A DNA stretch of 64,000 bases from assembly GCA_963734565.1 (NCBI GenBank), contig CAVTHM010000003.1, positions 139,610 to 203,609 of the forward strand. Direction: 5' to 3'. A program made the position numbers and the translations under genes. The notes beneath the pieces were generated by a model that saw only the letters and a program-made list of their open reading frames with translations, made no database searches and was not told the DNA's origin. Every line of letters begins with the position of its first letter. Positions within the stretch are counted from its first letter, which is position 1. Source of the stretch: an uncultured Thermoleophilia bacterium (GTDB lineage: Bacteria; Actinomycetota; Thermoleophilia; Gaiellales; Gaiellaceae). Of this stretch, positions 9,139-21,117 are shown in pieces.

Positions 9139-9854
9139 CGCCCGAGATCGTCGTCATGGCCGCCGGAGAGGGCACCCGGCTTCGGCCGGTCACGGAACGC
9201 TGGGCGAAGCCGGTGCTGCCGGTCGACGGCCGGCCCGTGCTGGCGACGCTCCTGCGCGAGATCGCCGCGGCGGGAGTCGCCCGCGTGTGGCTCGTCACCG
9301 GCCATCTCGCGGAGCAGGTCGAGGCACTCGCCGGCGACGGCTCCGCGTTCGGGCTCGAGATCCGGCCCGTCCGCCAGCCGCAGGCACTCGGCTCCGCCGA
9401 CGCCGTGCGCCGCGCCCTGGACGCGGGCGCCGAGCCGCCGCTCCTCCTCACCGCCGCCGACACGGTGTTCGCCCCAGGCGCCGTGAGCGAGTTCGCCGAG
9501 GCGTGGGAGGCGAGCGGCGCCGAGGGCGCAGTCGCCGTCCGCCGCCTGCCCGGCCGCCCGCCGAGCACGCGCATCGGGGTCGAGGGCGACCGCGTCGTGC
9601 GCGTGCCGGACCCCGGGTCGGACACCGACCTGACCGCCGCACCGCTGTGGGCGTTCGACGACGCGATCGCGGAAGAGATCCGCAACGTGTGCGAGCCGCC
9701 GTTCGTCGCGCCGTTCGAGGTGGCGCCCGCGTTCCAGCGCGCGATCGACGCCGGCCGGCACGTCCTATCCCACAAAACGGGGCCTACCCGTGACTTGACC
9801 GATCCGCTTGACTTGGTGGAGGAGAACTTCACGTACCTCCGGGGGTTGCTGTGA
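9135..9854 (+). CDS. sugar-phosphate nucleotidyltransferase family protein
   Basis: N-terminal ..VVMAAGEGTRLRPVTERWAKPVLPV.GRP.. and ..QPQALGSADAV... The start is either GTG 9135 (overlapping the previous stop) or ATG 9156. Confidence 0.7.
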   Translation: MTPEIVVMAAGEGTRLRPVTERWAKPVLPVDGRPVLATLLREIAAAGVARVWLVTGHLAEQVEALAGDGSAFGLEIRPVRQPQALGSADAVRRALDAGAEPPLLLTAADTVFAPGAVSEFAEAWEASGAEGAVAVRRLPGRPPSTRIGVEGDRVVRVPDPGSDTDLTAAPLWAFDDAIAEEIRNVCEPPFVAPFEVAPAFQRAIDAGRHVLSHKTGPTRDLTDPLDLVEENFTYLRGLL

Positions 9855-10204
9855 GCGACACGACCTACGACCTGTTTCAGCTCGGGCGCAGGCATCTGCG
9901 CAAGGGCATGGCTGCGCAGGCGACGGTGCCGCTCGAGAAGGCAAAGCGGCGCGAGCCCGGGAAGGCCTCGATCCGCGAGGCGCTCGGGATCGCGTACTTC
10001 CGCATCCAGCGCTACCGCGAGGCCGAGAAGGAGTTCCGGGCCGTGCTCGAAATCTCGCCGGCCGACGACTACGCGCACTACGCGCTCGGCCGCTGTCTCG
10101 AGAAGCAGGGCAAGACGCACGAGGCGAACGGCCACTTCAAGCTCGCGAGCCAGATGCGGCCCGAGAGCGCCGACTACTCCTCGCGGATCCGCGACCTCGA
10201 CTAG
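9851..10204 (+). CDS. TPR-repeat protein
   Basis: A 117-aa product with TPR-like A..Y....Y..A...F..AL...P signatures and high GC3. Confidence 0.6.
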   Translation: MSDTTYDLFQLGRRHLRKGMAAQATVPLEKAKRREPGKASIREALGIAYFRIQRYREAEKEFRAVLEISPADDYAHYALGRCLEKQGKTHEANGHFKLASQMRPESADYSSRIRDLD

Positions 10205-10375
10205 CGCGCCGCGTCCGTACTTCGGGGCACGCGCGATCAGGGCGGCTCCCGATGGATTCGCGGCCTCTTCGTAGCACGGTTCCGCTGCACTCTCCCGCCA
10301 GGAGCGCGGCCGACCGTGCTCACGCACGGCCGGGCGCGCGTCCGGGCCGCGAGAGGCTGAGGAGAGGAGGCCGCA

Positions 10376-12157
10376 ATGCGGTCGAAGACCTTCTTGGCAG
10401 CGGTGCTGGTGGCGCTGTTCGCCCTACCGGCAGTCGCGAATGCCGCGCCGCCGCCGAACGACAACCGGGCGAGCGCGCAGGTCATCCCGTCGTTCCCGGC
10501 CCAGATCGCCGGGACGACGGTGGAGGCGACCGTGGAGCGGCTCGACCCGCAGGTATCGAAGTGCGGCAGCGTCGAGGGAACCGTCTGGTACCGGATCAAC
10601 CAGGCACCGGACGGGACACTCGCGCTCGCCGTCAAGGCGGCAGACTTCGCACCGGTCCTGCGCGTCTACCAGCAGCATCCGAGCAGCATCGAGGAGCTGA
10701 CGTGCGCGTCGGCGAAGAGCGGCGCCGAGGCGGCAGTGGCCTTCCAGCCGACGCGCGGCAACACGTACCTGATCCTCGTCGGTCGCCGCACCGGCACGGC
10801 CGACGCCGCGTTCACGCTCACTGCGAAGCTCTTCCTGCCGCCCGCCAACGACACAGCCGTGGGAGCGAAGCGGATCGGGAAGCTTCCCGGACGCGTCTCC
10901 GGCGCCACGCTCGGGGCGACGAGCGACGATGCCGACCCGTCTCGCTGCGGGATCGCGGGCGGCACCGTCTGGTACGCGTTGCCCCACACCTCGTCGGACC
11001 GCATCGCCGTGACGCTGAGGGCACATGGCAACCTCGACGCGGCGATGGCCGTCGTGCGCGGGATCCGATCGCGGGTCGGCATCGTCGGCTGCGGCTCGAC
11101 GAACGAGCGCGGCGTGCTCCAGGGCCTCGTGAGCCTGGACCGCGACGCGTCGTATGCGATCGTCGTCGGCCAGCAGTCCGGCTCGAAGCCGGGCGACTTC
11201 ACGCTCGACGTGGTCGGCTCGGCTCCGCCGGAGCGGGCGCCCGGACGGCACCTGACCGCGGAGCACGTCGCGTCCACCCTGAACGGGCTTACCGACGTCA
11301 ACGACATCTGGTGGATGCACTGCGAGCCGGGCGACACGTACAACATCGCCCTGGCGTCGGCGGCCGACGTGTCGCTGAGCCTGAAGATGAAGGGCAAGCG
11401 CGGCGCGATCCGCACGCTCGGGAAGGGCGGCTACACGGCCTTCACGCCCGGCCCGGACGGCGGCGGCCGCTACGTCCTCGAGGTGCAGGCGCCGGCTTCT
11501 CTGAAGACCGTTTCCTACCACCTCGTCGTCCGCGAGGCCGGCGTCGACGACCTCGGCGTCGGGCTCGAGTTGCCGAACCTGAAGACGATGCACGGCAGCC
11601 TCGCGCCGCAGCGCGCCGACCTGGTCGACCTCTACCACTTCGACGTCGAGAAGCTGAGCGAGGTACGGATCGGCCTGAGCACGTCGGGCGGCTACGAGGT
11701 CGTCCTCATGCGCGACAACGGCGGGAGGGTCGGCTCTTCCCGCTCGGAGATCGCCACGCGCCTCGACCGCGGCCGCTACGTCGTCGCGGTTCGAAGCGCG
11801 GCGGGCCGCCCCGCGGCGGGCTACGGCCTGTCGCTCGTGATCCGGTCGCTCACCTCCATGACGCTCACCACGAGCGCGCGAGAGGTGCTCCCGGGCACCG
11901 CGTTCACGATCACACCCGTCGTCGCGCCGTCGCCAAACGGCGGCTCGGTGAAGCTCCAGATCGACCGGTTCGACCCGCTCACCGGCTGGCACTTCCACCG
12001 GATCTACCGGATCGCGCCGGGTGCGTCACTCTCGTGGACGCCGCCCGCGGCAGGACGCTGGCGCGTCCGCGCGTCGTACCTCGGCACGCTCCAGTTCAGC
12101 CCGAGCAGGACGGCCTACGTCGCCCTGCTGGTGGCGAAGCCGCTGCCGACACCGTGA
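10376..12157 (+). CDS. exported repeat protein, function unknown
   Basis: Signal peptide [23 protein letters not shown] preceded by RBS GGAGAGGAGG. There is an internal duplication: [20 protein letters not shown]....C.....GTVWY and [20 protein letters not shown]....C.....GTVWY. Confidence 0.6.
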   Translation: MRSKTFLAAVLVALFALPAVANAAPPPNDNRASAQVIPSFPAQIAGTTVEATVERLDPQVSKCGSVEGTVWYRINQAPDGTLALAVKAADFAPVLRVYQQHPSSIEELTCASAKSGAEAAVAFQPTRGNTYLILVGRRTGTADAAFTLTAKLFLPPANDTAVGAKRIGKLPGRVSGATLGATSDDADPSRCGIAGGTVWYALPHTSSDRIAVTLRAHGNLDAAMAVVRGIRSRVGIVGCGSTNERGVLQGLVSLDRDASYAIVVGQQSGSKPGDFTLDVVGSAPPERAPGRHLTAEHVASTLNGLTDVNDIWWMHCEPGDTYNIALASAADVSLSLKMKGKRGAIRTLGKGGYTAFTPGPDGGGRYVLEVQAPASLKTVSYHLVVREAGVDDLGVGLELPNLKTMHGSLAPQRADLVDLYHFDVEKLSEVRIGLSTSGGYEVVLMRDNGGRVGSSRSEIATRLDRGRYVVAVRSAAGRPAAGYGLSLVIRSLTSMTLTTSAREVLPGTAFTITPVVAPSPNGGSVKLQIDRFDPLTGWHFHRIYRIAPGASLSWTPPAAGRWRVRASYLGTLQFSPSRTAYVALLVAKPLPTP

Positions 12158-12165
12158 ACCACCAT

Positions 12166-12197
12166 CCGGGCGGGCCCGCTTCGGCCGGCCCGCCCGG
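12166..12197. terminator. GC-rich hairpin between convergent genes (possible bidirectional terminator)
   Basis: CCGGGCGGGCC-N10-GGCCCGCCCGG, an 11-bp perfect stem 9 nt after the stop at 12157. There is no clear U-tract. Confidence 0.45.
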
Positions 12198-12395
12198 CTA
12201 GAGACGGAGCCCTGGCCCTGCGCCTGCGAGATGCCGGCCGCCATGAGCTCGGCCGACGTCACCGGGCAGCGGGAACCGGACTTCACGACCGGCAGGTGGA
12301 GCGGCCGGCGGAGCTTCGCCTACGGGTCGGTGCCAGAGCCCGCCGGCGCGGCCGCCGTCAGCGCGGCCACGGCAGCCGGCAGCAGGAGCGCGCGT

Positions 12396-12644
12396 CTACC
12401 AGTCATCGTCATCCCCTGCGACCTGTGGGACGGCCGGCCAGGGGCGGGCCATCACGCGCCGGTAGTAACGGAGCGAGATCGTCACCTGCGCGGCGACCAG
12501 CGAGCCGAGTGCGAGGCCGACGAGCGCGGCGCCAGCCTTGCCGTCGACGAGTGCGAGCAGCGCGCCCACGACGATGAGCGCGACCAGGCTTTGCCTGGCC
12601 AGGCTCCAGAGCTGGTGGTCGCGGCGATCCGCGTCGTCGGTCAC
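12396..12644 (-). CDS. small membrane protein (hypothetical)
   Basis: The GTG-initiated 82-aa product [54 protein letters not shown].. has two hydrophobic helices. The opposite-strand reading is charged low-complexity sequence. Confidence 0.4.
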   Translation of the reverse strand: MTDDADRRDHQLWSLARQSLVALIVVGALLALVDGKAGAALVGLALGSLVAAQVTISLRYYRRVMARPWPAVPQVAGDDDDW

Positions 12645-12662
12645 CCTCTTAGTGTTCCCGCC

Positions 12663-13097
12663 ATGCGGGCGGTCGTCCAGCGGGTCACACGCGCCCGGGT
12701 GACGGTCGCCGGCGAGACGGTCGGGCAGATCGGGCCCGGGCTGCTCGTACTCATCGGGGTCGCGGAGGACGACGGGGAGGAGGAGGCCGAGGCGCTGGCC
12801 GGCAAGGTCGCGCGGCTGCGCATCTTCGAGGACGAGGCCGGCAAGTTCGACCGCAGCGTCACGGACACCGGCGGCGCCGTCCTCGCGGTCAGCCAGTTCA
12901 CGCTGATCGCCGACACGCGCAAGGGGAACCGCCCCAGCTTCTCGCACGCGGCGCGGCCCGAGCAGGCGAGCGCGCTCTTCGACCGGTTCTGCGCCGCGCT
13001 CCGCGAGCTCGGGCCGACGGTCGAGACCGGCACCTTCGGCGCACGCATGGACGTGGAGCTCGTCAACGACGGCCCCGTGACGATCGTGCTCGGTTGA
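12663..13097 (+). CDS. dtd: D-aminoacyl-tRNA deacylase
   Basis: Translation reads [31 protein letters not shown]...D.......LA.KV..LRIFED..GK...S......[18 protein letters not shown]. The long upstream extension of the ORF (12021-) was rejected. Confidence 0.9.
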   Translation: MRAVVQRVTRARVTVAGETVGQIGPGLLVLIGVAEDDGEEEAEALAGKVARLRIFEDEAGKFDRSVTDTGGAVLAVSQFTLIADTRKGNRPSFSHAARPEQASALFDRFCAALRELGPTVETGTFGARMDVELVNDGPVTIVLG

Positions 13098-13915
13098 GCA
13101 CCGAGGCGCTCGCTTTGGCCCTGGCCGCTGCCGCGCTGCATGCGGGCTGGAACCTGCTGCTCGCGCGTGCGCGTGACGTCCAGGCGGCCACGGCCGTCGC
13201 GGTGGCGCTCTCGGCGGTGATCTTCGCGCCGCTCGCAGTCCTCACGTGGCGGACGGACGGCGATGTCTGGCCGTACGTCGTCGCCTCGGCCGCGCTCGAG
13301 CTCGCCTACTTCGCGCTGCTCGCGTACGCCTACGAGCGGGCCGAGCTCAGCGTCGTCTACCCGGTCGCACGCGGCGGCGCGCCGGTGCTCGTCCTGATCC
13401 TGTCGGTGCCGCTGCTCGACGCGGACGTCTCGGTGGCGGCCGCGCTTGGCGTGGCGGCAGTCACGGCGGGCGTGCTGCTCATTCGCGGCACCGGGCACGC
13501 GAACGCAGCGGCGCTTGTGCTGGGCGGTGCGATCGCTGCCTGCATCGCGGGCTACACGCTGGTCGACAGCCGCGGGATCGACCACGCCAGCGCGATCGCC
13601 TACGCGTGGCTCGTCGCCGGTGTCCCCGGCCTGGCGCTCGTCGCCTGGACGTGGAGACGCCGCGGCTCGGCTGCGCTCCGCAGCGAGCTCGGGCCGCACA
13701 CGCTGGCGGCGGCCGTCGCGATGCTCGGCGCGTACACGCTCGTCCTGCTCGCGCTGCGCCTGGCGCCCGCGGCCTCGGTCGCCGCGGTGCGCGAGACGAG
13801 CGTCGTCATCGCCGTCCTGCTCGCCGCCCTCGTGCTCCACGAGCGCGTCACCCGCACGCGCGTGATCGGTGCGGCGGTCGTCGTCGGCGGCGTCGTGCTG
13901 CTCGCGTCAGCGTAG
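13094..13915 (+). CDS. EamA/DMT-family transporter
   Basis: About 10 hydrophobic segments and a duplicated EamA-like pattern (..[12 protein letters not shown].. and ..[16 protein letters not shown]..). Confidence 0.75.
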   Translation: MSTEALALALAAAALHAGWNLLLARARDVQAATAVAVALSAVIFAPLAVLTWRTDGDVWPYVVASAALELAYFALLAYAYERAELSVVYPVARGGAPVLVLILSVPLLDADVSVAAALGVAAVTAGVLLIRGTGHANAAALVLGGAIAACIAGYTLVDSRGIDHASAIAYAWLVAGVPGLALVAWTWRRRGSAALRSELGPHTLAAAVAMLGAYTLVLLALRLAPAASVAAVRETSVVIAVLLAALVLHERVTRTRVIGAAVVVGGVVLLASA

Positions 13916-15151
13916 GGCGCGCACCGCCGCGAGCGCACGGTCGATCTCGGCTTCCGTGTTGAAGACGGCCGGCGCGAGCCGCGCGTACGGCGGGGAGTAC
14001 GGCGTGACGGTCGCGACGATCCGCCGCCGCGTGAGCGCGGCCACGACCGCGTCCGGGCTGAGCCGGTCGACCTCGAAGCAGACGATGCCCGCGGAGAGCG
14101 CCGCCGCCACCGGTGTGTGCAGCGTCACGTGGCCCATCTCCGCCAGGGCCGCCTTCACGCGCCGGGCCAGCTCGTGGATCCGGGCGGTGACGCGCGCCTT
14201 GCCGATGCGCTGGTGGAAGCGGAACGCCTCAGCAAGCGCCCAGCGGTGCTCGAACGAGTGGAAGCCGCCCGGCGTCATCTCCGCGCCCGGCGTTCGCGCG
14301 CTCGAGAAGGTCGGGATCGTGGCCGTCACCGAGCTCCACGCGTCGGTCCGGCCCCACACGAGCCCGGTGCCGCGTGGCCCGAACAGCCACTTGTGGCAGC
14401 CGGACACGAGGAAGTCGCAGCCGAGCGCGCCGACCGTGGCGTTCTCCGCGCCCAGGCCGTGCACGCCGTCGACGCAGAGGAGCACGCCCTCCGGCAGCGC
14501 CTTCGCGATATCGGTCACGGGCAGCTTCACGCCGGTGCTCGAGTGCACCCACGTGATCGCCACTGCGCGCGTCCGCGGGCCGACGGCGCCCTTCAGCGCC
14601 GAGACAATCGCGTCCGCCGACGCGTTCCGCGACCGCTCGTAGAGCCTGACCTTCCGCACCGTGGCGCCGCTGCGCGCCGCCTTGAGCTCGAGCGAGCGGT
14701 GCGTCGCGTAGAAGTCGTGCGTGGTGGTGACGACCTCGTCGCCGGCCTTCAGCTCGAGCCCGTTGTAGAGCAGCCCGAGCCCCATCGTGGTCGAGTCGGT
14801 GAGCGCGATGTCGGCGCCGCGCGCGCCCAGGTAGGACGCCGCGGCCCGCAACACGTCGGCCTCGAGCTCGTCGCCGTGGGCGTGCAGGTAGCCGACCGGG
14901 TTGGCGTCAAGGCCGCGCCGGTGGCGGTCGATCGCCGCCCGCACGGGCGCCGGGTGCGAGGCGAGGTACAGGCCGCCCAGCTGGACGAGCCGCGGGTCGT
15001 GCTGGAACGAGCGCCGGACCTCGTCCCAGGACGGGGCTGCGGCGGGCGTGGCCGAGGCGGCCAGCTCCTCCAGATCGGCGAAGCGCCCAGCCGCACCGGC
15101 GGCGGCCAACGCGAGGCCGGTGCGGACGAGAAACGCACGCCGATCGATCAC
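13907..15151 (-). CDS. class-V aminotransferase / cysteine-desulfurase-like PLP enzyme with Tat-type signal
   Basis: N-terminal MIDRRAFLVRTGLALAAAGAAG (twin-arginine motif). The fold-type I pattern ..CVDGVHGLGA......GCDFLVSGCHKWLFGPRGTGL.. includes the PLP lysine in HKW. Confidence 0.75.
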   Translation of the reverse strand: MIDRRAFLVRTGLALAAAGAAGRFADLEELAASATPAAAPSWDEVRRSFQHDPRLVQLGGLYLASHPAPVRAAIDRHRRGLDANPVGYLHAHGDELEADVLRAAASYLGARGADIALTDSTTMGLGLLYNGLELKAGDEVVTTTHDFYATHRSLELKAARSGATVRKVRLYERSRNASADAIVSALKGAVGPRTRAVAITWVHSSTGVKLPVTDIAKALPEGVLLCVDGVHGLGAENATVGALGCDFLVSGCHKWLFGPRGTGLVWGRTDAWSSVTATIPTFSSARTPGAEMTPGGFHSFEHRWALAEAFRFHQRIGKARVTARIHELARRVKAALAEMGHVTLHTPVAAALSAGIVCFEVDRLSPDAVVAALTRRRIVATVTPYSPPYARLAPAVFNTEAEIDRALAAVRALR

Positions 15152-15202
15152 AGGTCAGTTGCTACCATGGCCGCACCGCATTTCACCGGTTTGTTGGGAA
15201 AT

Positions 15203-15226
15203 GGGCGCTCGGCGCCCGTTTTTTTT
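15203..15226 (+). terminator. intrinsic terminator/attenuator in the rimP-nusA leader
   Basis: GGGCGC-UCG-GCGCCC, then G and eight consecutive T (15219-15226), ending 18 nt before the rimP ATG. No plus-strand gene lies upstream. Confidence 0.7.
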
Positions 15227-15243
15227 GAGCGAGGCAGAAAGGC

Positions 15244-15693
15244 ATGGCAGACATCCACGACAAGGAACGAGCGCTGTTCGCAGAGGTCGCGCCGCAGGTC
15301 GAGCGCGACGTCCCCGGCGTGCAGGTGCTCGCCCTCGAGCTTTCCGGACGCGAGGCGTTCACGGTCTACGTCGACCACCCGGCCGGCGTGGACATCGCGC
15401 TCTGCGAGCGCGTCACGAGCGTCCTCCGGCCGTACCTGCAGGAGTACACCGTGGAGGTCTCCTCGCCCGGCAGCGAGCGCCCGGTCCGGAGGCCCGAGCA
15501 CTTCGCGGAGGCCGTGGGCCACAAGGTCGCGCTGCGCATGTCGGAGGAGGTCGGCGGCCGCCGCAAGCTCCGCGGCGAGGTGCTCGCCGCCGGCGACACG
15601 GCGGTGACTGTCTCGACCGGTGACGAGCCCGTGGACGTCCCCTATGCAGCAATTGTCCGCGGGAACCTGATCGACGAAGAGGTGACGACATGA
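15244..15693 (+). CDS. rimP: ribosome maturation factor RimP
   Basis: Translation reads ..L.L.L......V.V.VD.P.GV....CE.V...L........Y.LEVSSPG.ERP.., directly upstream of nusA. Confidence 0.85.
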   Translation: MADIHDKERALFAEVAPQVERDVPGVQVLALELSGREAFTVYVDHPAGVDIALCERVTSVLRPYLQEYTVEVSSPGSERPVRRPEHFAEAVGHKVALRMSEEVGGRRKLRGEVLAAGDTAVTVSTGDEPVDVPYAAIVRGNLIDEEVTT

Positions 15694-17105
15694 GCCGAGA
15701 GATTGTCGAAGCGGTCCGCGAGCTGGAGCGCGAGAAGAACCTGGAGAGCGGCGTGCTGGTCAGCGCGCTGCGCGACGGCCTGCTCGCCGCCTACAAGAAG
15801 ACTCCGGGCGCCTACCGCCACGCGACGGTGGACCTCGACGACGAGGGCGAGTTCCGCGTGATCGCCATCCACATGCCCGCGGACCTCGAGGAGAAGCTCC
15901 TCGACGAGGCCCGCGAGCGCGCGCTGACCGACCTCGAGCGCATCGAGGAGGAGACGGGCGAGCGCCAGCACACGCTGCTTTCCGACGACGATCTCCAGAT
16001 CGACTGGGACGAGGTCCCCGAGAACCTGATCGAGCGCGAGGACGTGACGCCGGAGGGCTTCGGCCGCATCGCCGCGCAGACGGCGAAGCAGGTCATCCAG
16101 CAGCGCATCCGCGAGGCGGAGCGCCAGATCATGTACGAGGAGTACATCGACCGCGTGAGCGAGGTCGTCACCGGCATCGTCCAGCAGGCCGGCGACCGCA
16201 ACAACGTGCTCGTTGACCTCGGCAAGGTCGAGGCGCTGCTGCCGCGCTCCGAGCAGGTCGACGGCGAGCGCTACGAGCAGGGCTCGCGCATCAAGGCGGT
16301 CATCACCGAGGTGCGCTCGGGAACGAAGGGCCCGCAGGTGATCCTGTCGCGCCGCGACCCGGAGCTGATCCGGACGCTCTTCGAGCTCGAGGTGCCGGAG
16401 ATCGCCGACGGGCTCGTCGAGATCCGCGGCGTCGCCCGTGAGCCGGGCTACCGCTCGAAGATCGCGGTCGAGTCGCATACGCAGGGCGTCGACCCGGTCG
16501 GCGCGTGCGTCGGCCCGCGCGGCTCGCGCGTCCGCATGGTCGTGTCGGAGCTGCGCGGCGAGAAGATCGACATCATCCCGTGGAACACGGAGCCGGCGCG
16601 GTTCATCGCCAAGGCCCTGTCGCCCGCGCGCGTGCGCGAGGTGCTCGTCGACGACGACACGCGCGAGGCGACCGTGATCGTCCCGGAGGACCAGCTGGCG
16701 CTGGCGATCGGCAAGGAGGGGCTGAACGCCCGCCTGGCCACGCGGCTCACCGGCTGGAAGATCGACATCACATCCGATGTCGAGTTCGCGCAGCAGGAGG
16801 CCGAGGCGGCCTTCGGCGGCGGCGAGCGCGGGGAGGAGGAGTTCTCCGGTCGCTGCGCCGCGATCCTCGCGAACGGCAAGCGCTGCCCGAACGCCTCGCT
16901 CCCGGGCACCCGCTTCTGCGGGATCCCCGCCCACCAGGAGCTCGCGAGCAAGGCACCGGAGGAGCTCGTCGGCCAGGTCGTGCAGATCGGCGGCCCGTCG
17001 GTCAACGGCGACGACGAGGCGGACGCGGACGAGGCGCCTGTCGACCTCGAGGGCGAGCCGGTGGCCGCTGCCGCCGACGAGACCGAGGAGCGCGCCGGCG
17101 AGTGA
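15690..17105 (+). CDS. nusA: transcription termination/antitermination factor NusA
   Basis: Translation reads ..[20 protein letters not shown]..(S1)..G.I.....R......V.LG..EA.LP..EQ...E.Y..G.R.KA.I..V........P.V.LSR..PEL...LFE.EVPEI..G.VEI...AREPG.R.KIAV..., followed by KH domains. Confidence 0.95.
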   Translation: MSREIVEAVRELEREKNLESGVLVSALRDGLLAAYKKTPGAYRHATVDLDDEGEFRVIAIHMPADLEEKLLDEARERALTDLERIEEETGERQHTLLSDDDLQIDWDEVPENLIEREDVTPEGFGRIAAQTAKQVIQQRIREAERQIMYEEYIDRVSEVVTGIVQQAGDRNNVLVDLGKVEALLPRSEQVDGERYEQGSRIKAVITEVRSGTKGPQVILSRRDPELIRTLFELEVPEIADGLVEIRGVAREPGYRSKIAVESHTQGVDPVGACVGPRGSRVRMVVSELRGEKIDIIPWNTEPARFIAKALSPARVREVLVDDDTREATVIVPEDQLALAIGKEGLNARLATRLTGWKIDITSDVEFAQQEAEAAFGGGERGEEEFSGRCAAILANGKRCPNASLPGTRFCGIPAHQELASKAPEELVGQVVQIGGPSVNGDDEADADEAPVDLEGEPVAAAADETEERAGE

Positions 17106-17343
17106 TGCCGACGCGCACGTGCGCAGGGTGCGGCCGCAAGGCCGAGCAGGCGGAGCTCGTACGCTTCGTCGCCCCTGAAGGCGTCCTGACGCCAGGCCGG
17201 CGCGCACCCGGCCGCGGCGCGTACACGTGCCGGAGCGTCGACTGCTTCGAGCAGGCGCGCGCCCGGCACGGCTTCGACCGCACCCTCCGCCGGGCGGTGC
17301 GGGTCGATCCCGCGCTCGCTCGTCTCTACACTGGAGCCCACTG

Positions 17344-17344
<1 letters not shown>
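17105..17344 (+). CDS. ylxR: YlxR/DUF448 family RNA-binding protein
   Basis: [19 protein letters not shown]..........GRGAY.C....C, in the canonical position between nusA and infB. The ATG overlaps the nusA stop (GTGATG). Confidence 0.8.
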
Positions 17345-19341
<1,997 letters not shown>

Positions 19342-19461
19342 CGCCCAAGACTGTCCCGGTGTTGCGGCTGGCGTTGCCGTGGTCCGGGCGGAGCCCAGCT
19401 TGCCTGGGCGGGAGCCACGTCGCGCGAAGTCGCGTGTGACGTCAGCGGGGAAAGGGGTAGC

Positions 19462-19578
19462 TCGAAGGGGAAAACCCGCGCAGCAGGGGTTGCCCCTTCG
19501 AATAGAGCGAAGCGGTCACGCACTCGGGAAACCCGAGCGCGCCCGCGGCGCACTCGGGTTTCCCGAGTGCGCCCGCGG
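19462..19578 (+). repeat. stem-loop plus a 30-bp tandem hairpin repeat downstream of infB
   Basis: Hairpin UCGAAGGGG..CCCCUUCGA at 19462-19501. Two 30-bp units follow (19519-19548 and 19549-19578): CGCACTCGGG-AAA-CCCGAGCGCGCCCGCGG and CGCACTCGGG-TTT-CCCGAGTGCGCCCGCGG. Confidence 0.6.
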
Positions 19579-19651
19579 CGCCGATCTCGCCAGGTTGCGG
19601 CAGCCGTGACGATGGCCGCGCGCAGGCGCACTCTTCAGTAGGACGTCGGGT

Positions 19652-21091
19652 CTAGCGCTTCGGTTGGCGCGGGCCGGGGCGCTTCTCGAGCCGGAGCACG
19701 TAAAGGCCGCTCAGCATGTCGCTCGCGAGCACGTAGCGGTCCGCGATCGCCACGCCCCAGGTGGCGCGGCAGCCGCCACCCGGGCACAGCCGGTCGTTCG
19801 GATCGGCGGCGGGCGAGGGCAGGAACTGCGCCAGCACGGTCGGACGGGACGGCTTGCTGATGTCGGCCGCGATCACGCCCTGCGTGTACCACGAGAAGAA
19901 GGCTTGGCTCCCGCTCACGTCTGGGTCGTGCACGCCGTTCATGAAGGGCGAGCTGCCCTCCGGCACCGGCTGCGAGGCGGCCGGGATCCAGAGCTGGCCG
20001 AGTCGGCGCGGGCGCGCCGGTTTCGACACGTCGTAGAAGGTGGGGAGGCCGCCGCCGGTCTCGTGCGTCTCGACGAGCACGTTCCCGTTCTGCGCGAACG
20101 CGGCCGAGTGCGTGTTGTCCGACGGCTGCGTGCGGCCCAGGTAGCGCGGGTGGGCGGGATCGGTCGTGTCGAGGATCACCGTGCCGAGGTCCCAGTACGA
20201 GAGGTACGCGCGCGTCCCGGCCGAGTTCGAGCGGACCGAGTGGACGAAGCGGTCGACGGCGGTCGCGTGGGGCGGGATGCCCAGGTCGCGCCACGCGCCC
20301 CAGGAGCCGACCTCGACAGGGGCGGACGGGGTGCTGACGTCGAAGATGCGGAAGTCGGGATGGCCGGGCGTCGTCGAGACCCGCTTCGCCGGGTCGTAGT
20401 CGGGCGAGGTCATCGTCTCGGCGTCGATGACGGCCGTGTAGACGTAGGCCGAGCCCGTCCGCGGCTGCAGCCAGATCTCGTGCGAGCCGCGCACGGTGGT
20501 GGGGACGAGCGCCAGGCGCCGCGGCGCGCGCGGGTCGGTCACGTCGTAGAGGCCGAAGCCGCGGAACGCGCCGTCGCGGCAGTGCTGGAAGCTCGTGACG
20601 GCGAGGTCGCCCGTGAACGCCGGCGTCGCCACGTGCTGGACGATCGTCTTCTCGGTCCACGAGCCTGCGACCTCCGGCTCGGCAGCGCCGGACGCGAAGG
20701 TCGAGACGCGAAGCGGGTGGGAGGGACGCGACAGGTCGTAGACGCGGACGCCGTTCGACGGGCACTCCGGGCCGCCCCAGCTGGAGAGGTACGCGTGGCC
20801 GTGGAGGTACGAGACGTCGGCGGCGTAGCCCTCGTGCGGGTTGGCGTGGCCGACGAGGCGCAGGCGGTACGGCGTCGCGAGCGCGTGTGCCCGCGTGGCC
20901 GTCGCGGCGGGGGCGACGAACGACGTCGACCAGGCGGACGGGAACATGGCCGCGTAGGCGCTCACTCCGACACCTGCTGTGGCGCCCGCGTGCAGCTCGC
21001 ACGCGACCGCCTCGGCCGCGCCCAGGGCGAGCGTGGCGATTGCCGCGGCGATGACGGCCAGGGAGCGCACTGCCTTCACTTTGACGTCCAC
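19652..21091 (-). CDS. exported LVIVD-repeat (beta-propeller) protein
   Basis: Signal-like N-terminus and six repeats of the [YF]D[VLI][ST]xPxxP type (VYDLSRPSHP, LYDVTDPRAP, IFDVSTPSAP, LDTTDPAHP, FYDVSKPARP, ADISKPSRP). Confidence 0.65.
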   Translation of the reverse strand: MDVKVKAVRSLAVIAAAIATLALGAAEAVACELHAGATAGVGVSAYAAMFPSAWSTSFVAPAATATRAHALATPYRLRLVGHANPHEGYAADVSYLHGHAYLSSWGGPECPSNGVRVYDLSRPSHPLRVSTFASGAAEPEVAGSWTEKTIVQHVATPAFTGDLAVTSFQHCRDGAFRGFGLYDVTDPRAPRRLALVPTTVRGSHEIWLQPRTGSAYVYTAVIDAETMTSPDYDPAKRVSTTPGHPDFRIFDVSTPSAPVEVGSWGAWRDLGIPPHATAVDRFVHSVRSNSAGTRAYLSYWDLGTVILDTTDPAHPRYLGRTQPSDNTHSAAFAQNGNVLVETHETGGGLPTFYDVSKPARPRRLGQLWIPAASQPVPEGSSPFMNGVHDPDVSGSQAFFSWYTQGVIAADISKPSRPTVLAQFLPSPAADPNDRLCPGGGCRATWGVAIADRYVLASDMLSGLYVLRLEKRPGPRQPKR

Positions 21092-21117
21092 CGCAGCGGC
21101 GCAGTTGGCGAACTATC

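Noticed and set aside
12021-12662. Long in-frame upstream extension of dtd (ORF 12021-13097).
   Set aside because: The Dtd homology starts at ATG 12663 (MRAVVQRV..). The extension overlaps the 3' end of the exported-protein gene, a terminator hairpin, and the antisense of a hydrophobic small-protein ORF.
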